Positions 10,656-23,649 of a DNA stretch of 64,000 bases are shown here, piece by piece. The DNA is from Lama glama (Eukaryota). A model generated the notes under the pieces. It saw nothing but the letters and a program-made list of their open reading frames with translations. It searched no databases and had not been told where the DNA came from. The number at the start of each line of letters is the position of its first letter. Position 1 is the stretch's first letter. The translations under genes and the position numbers were made by a program. Location of the stretch: NCBI GenBank assembly GCA_028534125.1, contig CM052816.1:51214001-51278000 (forward strand), given 5' to 3'.

Positions 10656-13499
10656 GAAATGAGGCATGGGTTATTCCAGGCAAAATAGATGGCAAGAATT
10701 AGGTGCAAGAAAATGAAGCTCACGGCCAACTTAGCTTAGTTTTTTCTCATCTGTTCAGTCTTTTCTGGGTACACTGTGACTGATACTTTTAGAAGATAAT
10801 TTAACATTCTCTCTTTATTTTTATGCCCCCTTCCAAATTAGGATTATGACTTGAGACCAAAAGAGGGTGTCAGGCATTTTCTACACTGTGCATAGAATGT
10901 TTAAGTAAAGGACACACCAAAGTTGAACTTAGAATCAATTTTCTTAACTAGCTTTGTTAGTAATGAGTATATTCAAATCAAGTGTGTCAGTTCAATAAAC
11001 CCTTTAAAGTATGATAGACTTCAATAACAAAAAGATTTAAATTACAGGTTATTAATTCCTGTATTGTACTCTAATTTCAAGTCTCAGTAGATGGCTTCAA
11101 ATTCTGCTCTTACCAAAATAAATCCCAGAATTTAAATAGTAATAATTTATTGATAATACAAACATGCCAAAAACATTTTTACTTTCTGGATATACTAAAA
11201 AAAGAGTCCACAGATACAAGTGGAATGAAACAAAAAGTAGATAATCTATTTTTAACTCAACCATTTCCTTTTGTCTTGACAAGCAATTTAAGATTAGACT
11301 AGGCTCTCCAGGCTCCATCTACAACTTCTAATTGTAACAAGCAGTCTTCAAAAACAAAGCAAAAATATCCAGCTTACAAAAGAAACTTAGTCTAACTCAC
11401 AGCTTTGTAAAGGGTCCATACTATTTACATTTAACTATGAGCAGGCAAATTAGGAAATGCTTAAAGAGGGCATTTATGTTCCATGTCATCTTCTCAGTGG
11501 CTCCTGCTGGCAGGATCACAGGACTGCAGCAATCTTTGGCCACTTTGGAGTCCCCACAATACCCTCAAATTACAATTTCTTTTACACCAACCTGAAGAAT
11601 TAACTATAAAAGAACTGGTGACATGATCTCCTAAGGAAAAAGGCGCTAGGATGGGTATAACCTTTACTCCTGGATCTATGTTAAGGTTATGGAACCGTAT
11701 CTTGCTGAATGTAATTTTCATCATTTCACACATTTAACAAATATTTTGAAGATTTATGAGCACAGATCATAAGATTTTCAAATAAATTCACGGTAATAAA
11801 TACGGATCTTCTTGCCAGAAATATTAGAACCCTTTAAACCTAAATGGGTAGACAATACTTCTACTCCCTAGCCTAGTTCAGGCCACTTGACCTCTAAATC
11901 ACCTTACTGCCTTTTGTCTTAAATCCTGGCTATATTATAATCATTCTTGTGGGGTCTAGTACTTAGTTTTCTCTCAGCCATGAGAGATTAAAATGTTGCC
12001 TGGAAAAAAAGAGTATGATATCAACAAAGCCAGTGAGATTTGTCAGAGGAAATTGATGGGGTTAATAAAAACAAAACAAACAAACAGAAAAAGTAAATGC
12101 AAGGGTTCTTTTTTGTCACTTGTTTTATCCATCCCCAAAATCAATGTCTCTATATATCAAGAAATCCAAGGGAAAAGTGATTAGAATAATTCCCTTTAAT
12201 TAAGTTACTTCCATCCTACTCCAGGTAAGATTTGCCTAAATCAAAAATGCAAATGTTCTTTCTATAGTTTTTCCCTGCCTGCCTGCCTGACTAGTCCTAA
12301 ATACATATTCTATTCATTCATTTCGTGACTTTTTCCCCATCTATATCCCACATGCTCTGAAACCTCCTGCAGGACTAATGGCACCTAGACAGATTATGGC
12401 ATTATTGAAGACTTTCCCGGCACCTAGCCAAAAAACATCAATAGATCCAACTTTACTACCGATGGCCAGGATAGTTTCTACTACATGCAACAATTGATGG
12501 AGAACCAGAAGGCTTTAGATTTTGTATATAATTGCAACAAGTCAGGCATTTTTGAAACATTAGGTAATTTCTAAATCTTGTCAACAATTAGTCTTTCAGC
12601 CCAAAATTACTGATCATCTAGTGGGAGCATAGTACAATATTGATGCAGTCTATTTACAAGGAAATCTCTCACACTAAATGAGTAGCATCTCACATAATTT
12701 ACAAATTCAGAGCTACAAAACAGATCTTCATGGGTGCACACACATATATATCATAAGCAATGGATTCCTGTAGCCAAATAATTCTTCAAGTGCTTCTATT
12801 TCCCAAGAAAATTTTTACTTTTTGTCTGTCTTTTAGTTCTTTCTGATTGACTGAATGTTAAGGAACCAAGGCTATAGCTAAAATAATTTGTTTTTCCAAA
12901 GAAAATCAGGAGAATAAAAGCAAGACTGCAATCTTCATTGTTGTTTAAAATGAAATTCATAGTAACTCAAAAAGCCTTGCAAACCAAAGACTTACTGCTT
13001 CTCCATTCTACCACACACACTAGTATATTCACCAACATTACAATATTACTCTTATGCATTAATAATCATTCATAATGGCATAAATTCATTTGTCTTTAAT
13101 TGCTTTAAAAGTATTATAACAACTGAAAAGTAAAATTTATTCAAATGAAAAGAGCAATAAACCATGAAAACTTGAAGAGAAAATTCATTTAGGACATATA
13201 GTTCATCTAAAAGTAGAAAATTCTTTCTAAATTTTGATCTTTTCCTCTTACAGTTCATAGTCAGGCAACAATCTTAAGACCTTATTAACTGAACGATACT
13301 CATACTGAGCAAATTTTATTGGATTTCATAGATATGAGGTAATAGTCACCACAGTTTAAAGTAATTTAACCATAAATTAAAGAGTTCAGACATAAATGCT
13401 GAGATATACATACACACACAGAAAAAGATAGAATATTTCAGGAATCCTTGACTTCCTAGAATTCTTCCAGGGATTCAGTTTTCACAAATACTGTATCTC

Positions 13500-15310
13500 A
13501 AGACATACTCCTCCTTGAAGCTCTCTCTTCATTTCCCTTTGAGGAAAACAATATGCCAATTTTTCTCCTAAAACTCTGGACACTTCTCAGTTGCCTTAAT
13601 AAACTCTTCTTTCTCTACTTACCTCTTTCACCAGAATTCTATTTTAGCCATTATCATGCCTCACTTCACTTACTCTGTTTATCTCAAATAGTTCATGGCT
13701 TCAGGTTTCACTAACATCCCAAATCTGAATTGCCTGCTACCAAGATCACTCTTTTGAAGTTTAGATAGTTTCATATCTCCAACAAGATGTTCATGACAGC
13801 TCAATTCAGAGTGTCCAAAATGTAACCCTTTATGTTTTCATTGAACCTGCTCATCCCTGTGTATTTCATGTTTTCGTTAAAGGTATTAAATTCATCTTGA
13901 ATAGTACCTTGTAATCAATAAAATTTATTGAACAAATGAAACTAGTCAGTTGGTCAAAAACTATTAGCCAGACACTGTGCTTGGTGCCAGGGAGTGTGGA
14001 TATAAACAATAAAGACAAAGTCCCTGACCTCATGGAGTTCAGTCAAATGGAGAAGACAGCCATCAAACAAATAGCTACAAACATTATTAATTTTTTACAT
14101 TAATTACAATTGTAATAACAAAGGGAAAAATAACCCATCTAATCACCCATACCAGAAAATTTGGAAAATATCTTGAATATTTTTCTTTCCCTCCATGCTC
14201 AATTTCCAGTTAGTTCCCAAATCTTATTAGTCCCATCTCTGAAATTTTTCTGATGTATTTCTTCTTCTCCATCATTACTGCTTTGCTCAATTCAGAGCTT
14301 CATCATCTCTTTCCTTTAACTGGCCTCCCTGACTACAATCTCTTCTCTTTATGGTCCAGTCATGACACTGTTATCTTTCTACAGTGTAGATGTGATGGTA
14401 TCACAGTCCTCCTGAAAACCTTTTATAGCCCCATTCGGCATGAAAAATAAAGCCCCAAATCCACAGATTTTATTGTTCTTACCCTCCAGCCTTCATTTAC
14501 CTTTCCAAATTTATTACATCCTTCTCAATCCCCCTGGACTCAGGTCTCTAGCCATATCATACCTACATTCCCTCAGATCTTTCTTTTCTAATACTCAATC
14601 TCAGAAAAATAAAATTAGCTGGTAGACACCAGAGTCCTAGGTTGGAGAAGGATTCTAGACATCTGCCCAGATCATGTGAATGAAGTTTCTTTTGCTTGAA
14701 GCTGTAATAGGTCAAGGAGAAGGGCAGTTACCAGAAGCAGAGTACTTTGAGAGTGCCAGGTCAGACTAAAAGTAGATAGCTCAAAGTCAGGTCAGTCATC
14801 TAAAACGGACCAGATGTCAACCAGGATCCAAAGAATAAAATCAGATAGGACAGAGATCAAAGGTTGCAGAACAAAAAAGCATCTGTAGCAGAGAGTGGGG
14901 GAAATGGAATCAGAAGTGCCTTCAAAGGTAAAGACAGATGACATCTATAGATTTTTTAAAATGTGATTCCCACAGTTGCCAAAATTAATATAATAGGAAA
15001 TACAATCAACCTCAATTTATTTTTCAAGGTTCTTTTCCATGAAAACTGTCTGTACTCCTACCCCAGTCCATCTCCTAGCTAATCCTTTTCTCCATAATGT
15101 CCATAAGGCTGTTTGCATATGCCGTTATTATAATGATCGACACACTCAATCACAGTTATTTACTTATATGTCTGTTTACTCAGCTAAAATGTGAGCAGCA
15201 TGAGGGTAGAGGCTATGTCTTACTTACTTTTATCCTCAGTGGGAACACATAGTAAGTTTGTTAAATTATTGAAAAAATATAACGAAATAATCAATAAATG
15301 AACAAATGAG
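13500..15310 (+). mobile_element. Fragmented L2 (3' part), with nested inserts at about 13920-14120 and 14600-15000
   Basis: Pyrimidine-rich L2 segments (ctcctccttgaagctctc; ggcctccctgact; aaatgtgagcagcatgagggtagaggctatgtctt..aataaatgaacaaatga tail). Confidence 0.7.
13920..14120 (-). mobile_element. L2 3' fragment in opposite orientation
   Basis: agccagacactgtgcttggtgccagggag..aaagacaaagtccctgacctcatggagttcagtc. Confidence 0.75.
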
Positions 15311-16742
15311 TATAGTAGTCCCAACTTAACAGTACCTAATAAATACAAATATCTGCCATTAAACTTAGAAATTGACTTTGTGAGCTTGTTGCTCTTGACT
15401 ACAGAATAGTTTGGGTACAGGAGGAGAAACTCAGTATTTTTTGGCTTTAACTAAAGAATTCAGAAATGGAACCTAAAAAGAAATATTCAAATAGTCCACA
15501 AAAGGTGCAAATAAATACAATTAGAAATTTATCACAATGCCAACATGATGCTGTTCAATAATGTTTTGTTTTACTTTGCTTTTATATGGTTATGTCCTAG
15601 TGAGGCAATAACAAACATCCCACTTATGAGCTTATTCCTGCATTGTTTATTTGCTGAAATTTCCCCCATTCTTGGGATGAATTATAAAATATGGACACTT
15701 GTAAAATGTACACTATGTGGCTGTTCAATTTTTGATGGGAGAAATTCTTGTTTGACAATAGCCCTGAGACTAGAAGTATAAGTATAAATACAGTTCATAA
15801 ATTGTATTTCATAAAATAAATTTTATTTTATAAATAAAATTATTCTTCTCCCCTTTAATCAATCATCAATTTAACAAAATATCTGCATTACCTGAATAAT
15901 CATAACTTTTATCTACTCATCTCAAAATATTCCTGAGAGCGTACATAACCTAAAATTTCATAATTTCAGTTCCTTATGGCACATAATTCAATGTCAGCTA
16001 CCCTTTGGAAATGCAATATGAATTTGGTAACACTTAGAAATAAATGGGTTGAATTAGATGACCTCGACAGCCTCTTTTAGATAAAAATTCTATATTATTA
16101 CAATTATTTTACATTAAATAAATAGAGACTATCAGGTATAGTGGTACATGCATTTCACAATGAGGAATGACAAGCTGGCAATATGGCAAGTCAGTTAACC
16201 TGCCCCTGAAACATACAGCTGTCTCTCAGTAAGAATTAGCAGTCAGCACCCTTACTTTCTACACAAACGATGCTCTCAGCCTTTTGACCTGGTCCCATCT
16301 TGTCCATTCTAGATCTCTTAGGAGTTTGACCTTGCTTCTTCCTATCCTCTCAAGTATACTACTGCTACCGCTCCTCTGGTTTCCCTCCCAAGCTACTGTT
16401 TGTATTCAGCCGTCAAATCTGCATCCTGTAACATTCCAACATGATCAAATTTGCCATGAAAGACTCTATCCTCTGCCAACCTACGTGGCCATCTCTGCTA
16501 CCAAATTTGGCCATACCCACACAAGAGGGAAATGTGCAAGACAACTTGCCAAGGGTCATGCAACAGGTGGGATGAAGAACCCTGTGTCTAAAATATCATG
16601 TGTGATGTCATAAAAAATGAGTACAACTTACAATCGAATAACAGATCTTAATCCTAACTCTGCCACTTAATGGCTGAGTAAATGAACTTGGAAAAATTAA
16701 TGAATTTTATGATATAAAAGGAGCTCTCCCAATTCAATATTG

Positions 16743-17110
16743 CTTATTATGAAAATGTTCCATCACATACAAAAGTGTAAAAACAGTATAAGAAACACCA
16801 TATGCCCTTTAGCTAGCTAAACATCTGTGAACACTGGCCAATCTTGTCTCATCCACTCCTTGCCAATACTTTCTTCCCTAAAGAAAACCCTATGTATCGT
16901 ATTATTTCATCTTAAAACCTCACTGTTGTATTTTAATACAAACCCACTGCTATTATCACACCTAACAAAGTCAACACTAATTCCATAAAATCACCTAATG
17001 TCCAATCCATGTTCAAATTTCCCACATTGTCTCAAAAGTGTCTTTTAAGCTTGCCATAGCTGTTTTTTTCTAAATAGGATCCAACTAAGAGCTATACATT
17101 CTATGACATT
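16743..17110 (-). mobile_element. Old L1 3' UTR fragment (L1MC4/5-like)
   Basis: ttattatgaaaatgttc..attatcacacctaacaaagtcaacactaattcc..catgttcaaatttccc..aataggatccaa. Confidence 0.7.
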
Positions 17111-17211
17111 TTTATCAGCTAAGGGAGAAAGCCTGTAACAGGCATTAACTTGACTTGTTATTTCTGTGATTTGGTAAAATTGAGGACTTAACTCAATACA
17201 AACCTCTAGAT

Positions 17212-17457
17212 CTATGCTCTTCAATATATTAGCCATTAGCCACATGTGGCTAAACTGAAATTTAAATTAATTAAAATTAACTAACTAAAAATTCAGTTTC
17301 TCAGTCACACTAGCCATATTTCAAGTGCTCAAGAGCCACATGTGGCTAGTGGCTACCATAATGGATGGCAAAGATATAGAATATTTCTCCCATCAGGAAG
17401 TAACAGTCATATGCTATACATTTACATCACTGTAGAATATTCTATTGGGTAATTCTG
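17212..17457. mobile_element. MER3 hAT-Charlie MITE
   Basis: Contains tagccacatgtggcta twice and tttcaagtgctcaa. It is flanked by a perfect 8-bp TSD, ctctagat (17204-17211 and 17458-17465). Confidence 0.9.
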
Positions 17458-18299
17458 CTCTAGATCCCAAAGAGAAGACATACTTATGCACCAGTCAGAC
17501 TGCCTCTCACTTCACAGAACTTACAAAACAACTGTAACCTAATATGCTGAATCACTGAGGACTTGTTAGAGTCATCCAAGACAAACTAGACCATTCCCAG
17601 TCTAGGGTACTCAGATGTGGCTCCTCAGGAAGACTGACCAGCAGGCCACAAATTACAAAAGGGCTATACTTGCAGGGTTTATTTGTAACCTCTTTAGACT
17701 TGAAACCATTTTGTTCGGTTTCTCAGGCTACCCTTAAAACCCCAATTAACTCAAAACATGGCTGAAATTTTATGCAATGAAGAAAAGGAAAAAAAAAAGA
17801 AAGAAAGAAAAGAAAGTTATAATTGCTATTGTGGACTAGCCTGGAAACCAAATAATTATGTGTAGGGTAATTTCTGTACGTAAAAGTGTTCTTCAGGTGG
17901 AGAAGAAGAGAAGAGAGTGTCATTGGAAATGTCTCCTCTCTCACTCTCCTTTCTCCACAGCTTTCACAGTGGAAAAGAAGTAGCAACTAAGAATGCAGAA
18001 CACTGGAGGACACTACACTTGGGAAGGGTCCTCCCCAACCTGCAGTAAAACAGCAAATCATATATATGAGATATTTGTAAATGAGTCATTATAAATAAAA
18101 ATCAACACAGTCCAGCAAAGGTAATTCCTTATAACTTATTTAAACTAAACAATACAAAGGCTTTGTCTGATTATTCCCTCCTACATCACAGTTTCAAAAG
18201 AGAAAAAATTTTATACAATGTATGGTTGGTGCAGGTCTTTCAAATCTTATTAAAGAAATCATAGACTCAAAGATTACTAGATTTAACTATAATCATTTT

Positions 18300-18610
18300 T
18301 AAAATTATGTATACCAAAAAAACCACTGCAAACAAAGTTAAAATACAAAAAAAACTAGGTAAAATATTCATAACATATACAACAAAGTGCTAACATCCTT
18401 AACAAATAAAGAATTTCACAACCAGTAAGAAATGAACACCTTAATAGAAAAATGGACAAAGAACAAAAATAAGCAATTTATAAAGGAAGAAATACAAATG
18501 GCTAAATAAACAGGCTAATTTTCTAACTTCACTGATAAAACAAGAAATATAAATCAAAACAAAGATAATTTTTTTCATATCAAACACAAAGAGAAAAATT
18601 AATTTTAATT
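18300..18610 (+). mobile_element. Ancient L1 ORF2 fragment
   Basis: aatagaaaaatggacaaagaacaaaaataagcaatttataaaggaagaaatacaaatggctaaataaac. Confidence 0.75.
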
Positions 18611-20834
18611 GGTAATCTCTAGCACTCATTCTTAGAGGGCAGTTTGGTAGAGAGAGCAGAGTTACTGACACCTCTAAGGTACAATTCCTGTCTTTCTCAG
18701 CTCCCAATAGAGAATGAGTACAATTTACTTGAAATAATTCTTCACCCCAATGGAAATGTAAAACACATCACATAAATATAAAATGTCAATCCCAATAGTT
18801 ATAGTGGAGAATTTTATTAATGGGATGGGCATGAAAAACCGAAAAACTTAACTTTGTATGTAATATTACTTTATCTCTATTATATTTCACATTAAGGCAT
18901 TTTAAAGCCTTTTTAGTCTGCTAGTCTGCATCGTCTCTGCATTTCTTCTTGGCATTGACTCATTAAGTATTCTTCATCTGATTTCAAGGCAAAATATGCT
19001 TCTGATCAAATATGCACTCACATGCTCTTTGGCAAGCTACAAACCAAATTAGAAAAATCACAAATCTGGTGCTAAATGTTCTGGAGGGATGGTATATGCT
19101 ATACCTTCCTTATCAGAAAAGCACACATATGGATTGCAATATGTCAACAAACTACGTCTGTGACTTTTCTCACTCCTAATTTAAAAAAATCACAGATCAA
19201 TAAAATAAGCTATATTACTATATTTGGATTAATAACTAACAAACGTAGCTCCTTACTTCTCAAATGGAATTCATTCAAAATTACTTTGAAAGACACTCAA
19301 AATGTACTTGAAATGTAAATTTTAATAACTGTATCTGCATAAAAGTTAAAATTAAATACATTTGATATCCTAAGGCTGATACCAATTTTAATATCACTAA
19401 CCACTTACACAATATGGTTCTCCAAAGAAAGTTTGCTGTTAAGTAGCCTATAAATCATTCTATCACTTTGAATATGCCCCTTTATTTGAGAAAAACTTCA
19501 GTTTCCCTATTTAAATCAACATAACAAAAATGATCAAATTATCACTAACCTTTAATCATACATGCAATGTGCATTTTCATGTCACAATTTTGTCATTTTA
19601 CATTAAAATCATTTTCAACTGCTTTTAAATAATTACAGCATTAATATCAAATAAACTGTGTATATAGTAAACAAAATTCTTTGCAGCTCATATTCCCATA
19701 GGAATCAGGGTCTAAAAATACAATTCTCTATATGATTTACTCATTTACTATAGTTAACAAAGATCTAATTGTACAAAATGAGATTCAGGAATACAGTTAT
19801 CCTATAAAACAATAACTCTTCCTATTCAAGTAATAAAATGCATTAATCAAAATTCTAAGCATAAAACATCATCATAAATTTTAAAATCTTGAAAAAACTA
19901 TCTTTATTAAAGTATCTATACAAAAGATTCTAAACCTCATACTTTATAAAAATAATAGTTAATAAAATTAATTTTTAAAAATTCATTACAATTGTTATTC
20001 AATAAATATTTCTTTCAGGATCAGTACATGCAAAGTACATGGTACATTTTGAGCTATGCACCATGAAGAGCAGAAAGATGCATAAAATATGTTTCTTGAA
20101 CTTACAAAAGAGAAAACAATCTAATAGCAAGGATAGAATATACAAATCTCAGAAACATGGAATTTCACAACTTGAAGGGATATTCAAACTGATTTAATCT
20201 GACGTAACTACATATGAGAGATAATATGTTCAAAACAGGAAAACTTTGTGCTTTCTTAAAAGTTCACCTTTATGCCTACATTAAATGATTAGGAAGCATC
20301 TATTCTCTTAAATTTTCCACTTGTGAAATGTCTCTGTGTCTCTTTTATCTACTTGTCTTCGGTAGCACTCGCTTTATGATAAATAAAACACATACACACA
20401 CAACAACAAACTGACCATCTATCATTTGTCGTGAATAGTTTACCTGTTGCAATTTTTCCTTTAATATTATTCATATTTTGTTGTAGTTTTTGTTTTCTGC
20501 CTTTTTTTCTTTTTGATGCAGAAAAACCTATAGATCATTTCTTCATGGTTTCTATCTTGAAGCCACTCTTAGAAAGATTAGAGGGTCACCAGTGTTTTCA
20601 TCTACTGGTTGCATGGGTTCTATTTAAAAAATTATTATTCAGTCCATGTGGGATTTTATTCTGGGGCATACTGTGAAATAAAGATTCAATTTAATTCATT
20701 TTCCACATGCTTACAACATTGAAGTTGAATACAGGATGCCAAAAAAAAACCAAAACAAATTTTAAACTAAAGGAAAAAAAAAGAGAGAGACAGAGAAAAG
20801 ACAAAGCACAAAAGACAAGCACAAAGACAAGCAC

Positions 20835-21250
20835 AAAACTGAGAACAATTAAGCCAGCCTCAGATATTTCCAGAGAAACTTTCAACATCAGAGGACAACT
20901 GACCAGTGTGTGCAGAATTCTGAAGGAAAGAAACCATGGCCCCACAGCGGTATGCCTCACCAAGATGTCTGCATAGGGTAAATGCAACAAAAGACATTCT
21001 CAACAGGAAAGAGCTACTGTGAGACCTTCCTAAAGAATTCCACCTATTGATGGAAACGAGACAACTACAATATGAATCAAAATTAAAATTCAAGAATGGA
21101 AAAGTCAAGGTAAAAAAAAATCATGGTGTGCACTGAATCCTAGTTAAATATAGAATTAAACAATCAGAGGCCTTAATTACAAACAGTATAAATGTTATAA
21201 AGTTTAAATAAGTAAAATTAATGTAACAAACAAAAACTGGGAGGGAACAG
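20835..21250 (+). mobile_element. L1 ORF1 / HAL1-like fragment
   Basis: The ORF 20707 segment RTIKPASDISRETFNIRGQLTSVCRILKERNHGP resembles L1 ORF1p IRLTADLSAETLQARREWGPIFNILKEKNFQP. Confidence 0.65.
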
Positions 21251-22129
21251 GAAGGAAAAGCATACATGTGCATCTTTCAGAGATCAATCTATATGGTCTA
21301 AATAGAAACATGTATCATAAAACCATAACTCTAACCTTGTTATGTTTTTCATAATCTCTTTTTTTTTAACTGTAGGCAGATTTTCCAAAACACATACTAC
21401 ATCTTGTAGTGATGAAGTACTTATTTGGAAACTACAATTCTTTTAGGCAACTTTCATTCTTTCCCTTTTCATAATTTAAAGTAAAAATAAATTTAATCCT
21501 TTTTATGTAAAATAATGGCATAGTATGATCAACAAATCAATAGGTAAGAAAGAAGGAAGGGAGGAGGAGGAGGTAGAAAGGGAAGGAAGTTGTATTTCTG
21601 GTTATCTAATTTATTATGGTGTTTAGTTAAAGGGTGATTTTTAAAATTTCTTCTTTATATTTTAATTTTTCTCTAATAAACTTATACAAAGATAATAGTG
21701 ACTTTATTCCTCTCTTCTAAAAAAGTCAAATACAAAGTAGTCATAAAATAAAGATAAATAATCAAGGTTACAAGGGCATTGTACATCTTTTGAAAACTAT
21801 GGAAGTTTGACCCACAACACACCTGGATATCAAAGTTATAGTTCATAGATTTTGAGCCAAGGGGTGGTCCTCTGGGATCTTTTAACTTTGCATAAACAGA
21901 GCTGTGAGGTGGAAGTCTACTTTGTGTTTTAGTACATAACTAAAGGAACTATTTAGGAAGTCTGATCTCCTGAATAAACAAACCCGATGACCCTGACTCA
22001 GTCCCCATCCTAAACTGTCCCTGCAGCAGCTGACTCTGCTCAGGCCCCACCTTTACACTCTGGACAGTGGCTTCAGTGCTTTGCACAGGGCATCGATGCA
22101 CATATTGTTGAGTGATGAATGGAATGGGA

Positions 22130-23450
22130 CATTCTCCTGACTGCTCTCAGCTCTGTTAGTATTTGTACAGGCTCCTGCCCACGCTTCTTCTTTTCCTAAA
22201 CCTCCTACATGTAGACATCCCCCAAGGTTTGGTTCTCATTTCACTTCTCTTCTCAGTCTAATTTCCCTGAATTATCTCATCCACTCCCAAACTCTAGCTC
22301 TGGCTTCTTTTCTGAGCTCCAAACCTAAAACTGAAAGTATGTGCTAGACAACTCTACAAGGATGCCCTCCAGCATCTCCAGTCTGCTATGCCAGCGTTGA
22401 ATTATTCCCATCTCCTACCTCCACTCCAGCCTGTCCATTATGTCATCCCTTCAGAGACTGAAAACCTGAGCACTATCTTCAATTCCTTCCTCTCCCTTGT
22501 GCCCACATCTTTTACACCTTCATAATATATCTCCCAACAATCCATCCATATACCCACATTGACATCATCTAATGCAAAAGCAGTGCAGTATGGTGAAAAT
22601 AATACCAGGTTTGGACTCAAAAGACCTAGGATTTGAGTACCAGCTTTTCTCTAAATTTGCTTTGAGAACTTGTACACATTACCTAACATATTTTTAGTAC
22701 AAATCTTTAAATCACAGGATACTTCTGAAGGATATACATTTACATATATGATTTAGGATCAGTATTATTGCATAAATTGTATGTGTGAAAATACATACAC
22801 AAACATATATATAGGTGTCTATATGTACACATGCGTAACATGTATACATGCAAATACAAATGAAAGGCATTAGTAGTAGTATTATTATAGAATATCCTCC
22901 CATGAACTAATACGAAAATGTTCCATTTTAATCTTTCAGTTCTGCAGGCAATCTTTTACCCTGAATGAAAAACATCATTTGTTTCTTCTTAATGGTCTGA
23001 AATTTTCTCTCCAAAAGAACAAAAATAAAACTTTTTAGCATGGATTTCAGAGTGCTCCATATCTGACTCCACCTTAGCTTTCTGATCTCACTTCCCAGGA
23101 CATCCCCTTTATCATCCACATTCTATCAAGCCACATCCCTGTATTTTCCTTTTTCCAAATATCCCCTGCATTCATGCTATTCCCTCCAGGCTAGAATTTC
23201 CATTTTAGGAAACCTCTCCTTCAAGGTCCAATTCAAATATCACCCTCTCAATAATACCTCCAATGATTCTTTATCAAGATAATTGGCCCATGTTCTACAT
23301 TATAAATAGAAGGACCTTTAGAATTCTCTCTATTCAACCAGATTATAAATACCTGAAGGATACAGACTGTGGAGTATTCACCTTTGACTCTCCATTATTT
23401 ATCTTACACACACTAGACATTTAATGGATGCATGTAGAACTGAATTGCAT
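22130..23450 (+). mobile_element. Fragmented L2 with a nested MIR (about 22580-22700)
   Basis: L2 motifs tctcatccactccca, tctgagctcca, ccttcaaggtccaattcaaatatcaccc and gattataaatacctgaaggatacagactgtg. The MIR head is gcagtatggtgaaaata..aagacctaggatttgag. Confidence 0.72.
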
Positions 23451-23630
23451 AAATAATGCCCCTTTAAGTCTTTTAATTTCAAGTAAGAATTAGAAGCATA
23501 CAGAAAGTTAAAACTATAGCATAAAAATGTATGATCAATTAATAATTATTTGTAGGTAGATTTTTAAATGAAAACAGAGGAACAAATTTTAAATACATAA
23601 TTAAACTTTAAACTAAACAAAAATATTGTT

Positions 23631-23649
23631 TGGTGCTCCCTCTGCTGGC
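23631..23649 (-). promoter_or_regulatory. Candidate CTCF binding site
   Basis: The minus strand reads GCCAGCAGAGGGAGCACCA, close to the CTCF core CCASYAGRKGGCRC, as an isolated GC-rich word in an AT-rich non-repeat tract. Confidence 0.6.

Noticed and set aside
10301..10702. 133-aa ORF as a host gene
   Set aside because: It is an L1 ORF2p C-terminal remnant running into flanking sequence.
12373..12563. Plus-strand exon-like segment (cctgcag|G ... TAG|gtaatt) with a protein-like frame
   Set aside because: Stop codons interrupt the frames, no homology was recognised and there are no partner exons.
15811..15831. Perfect AT-only inverted repeat ataaaataaa-t-tttattttat
   Set aside because: Low-complexity sequence expected by chance in AT-rich DNA.
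20795..20838. Short repeat array (aaagacaagcac about x3) considered as CRISPR-like or functional
   Set aside because: Simple slippage repeat with no spacers, in a eukaryotic genome.
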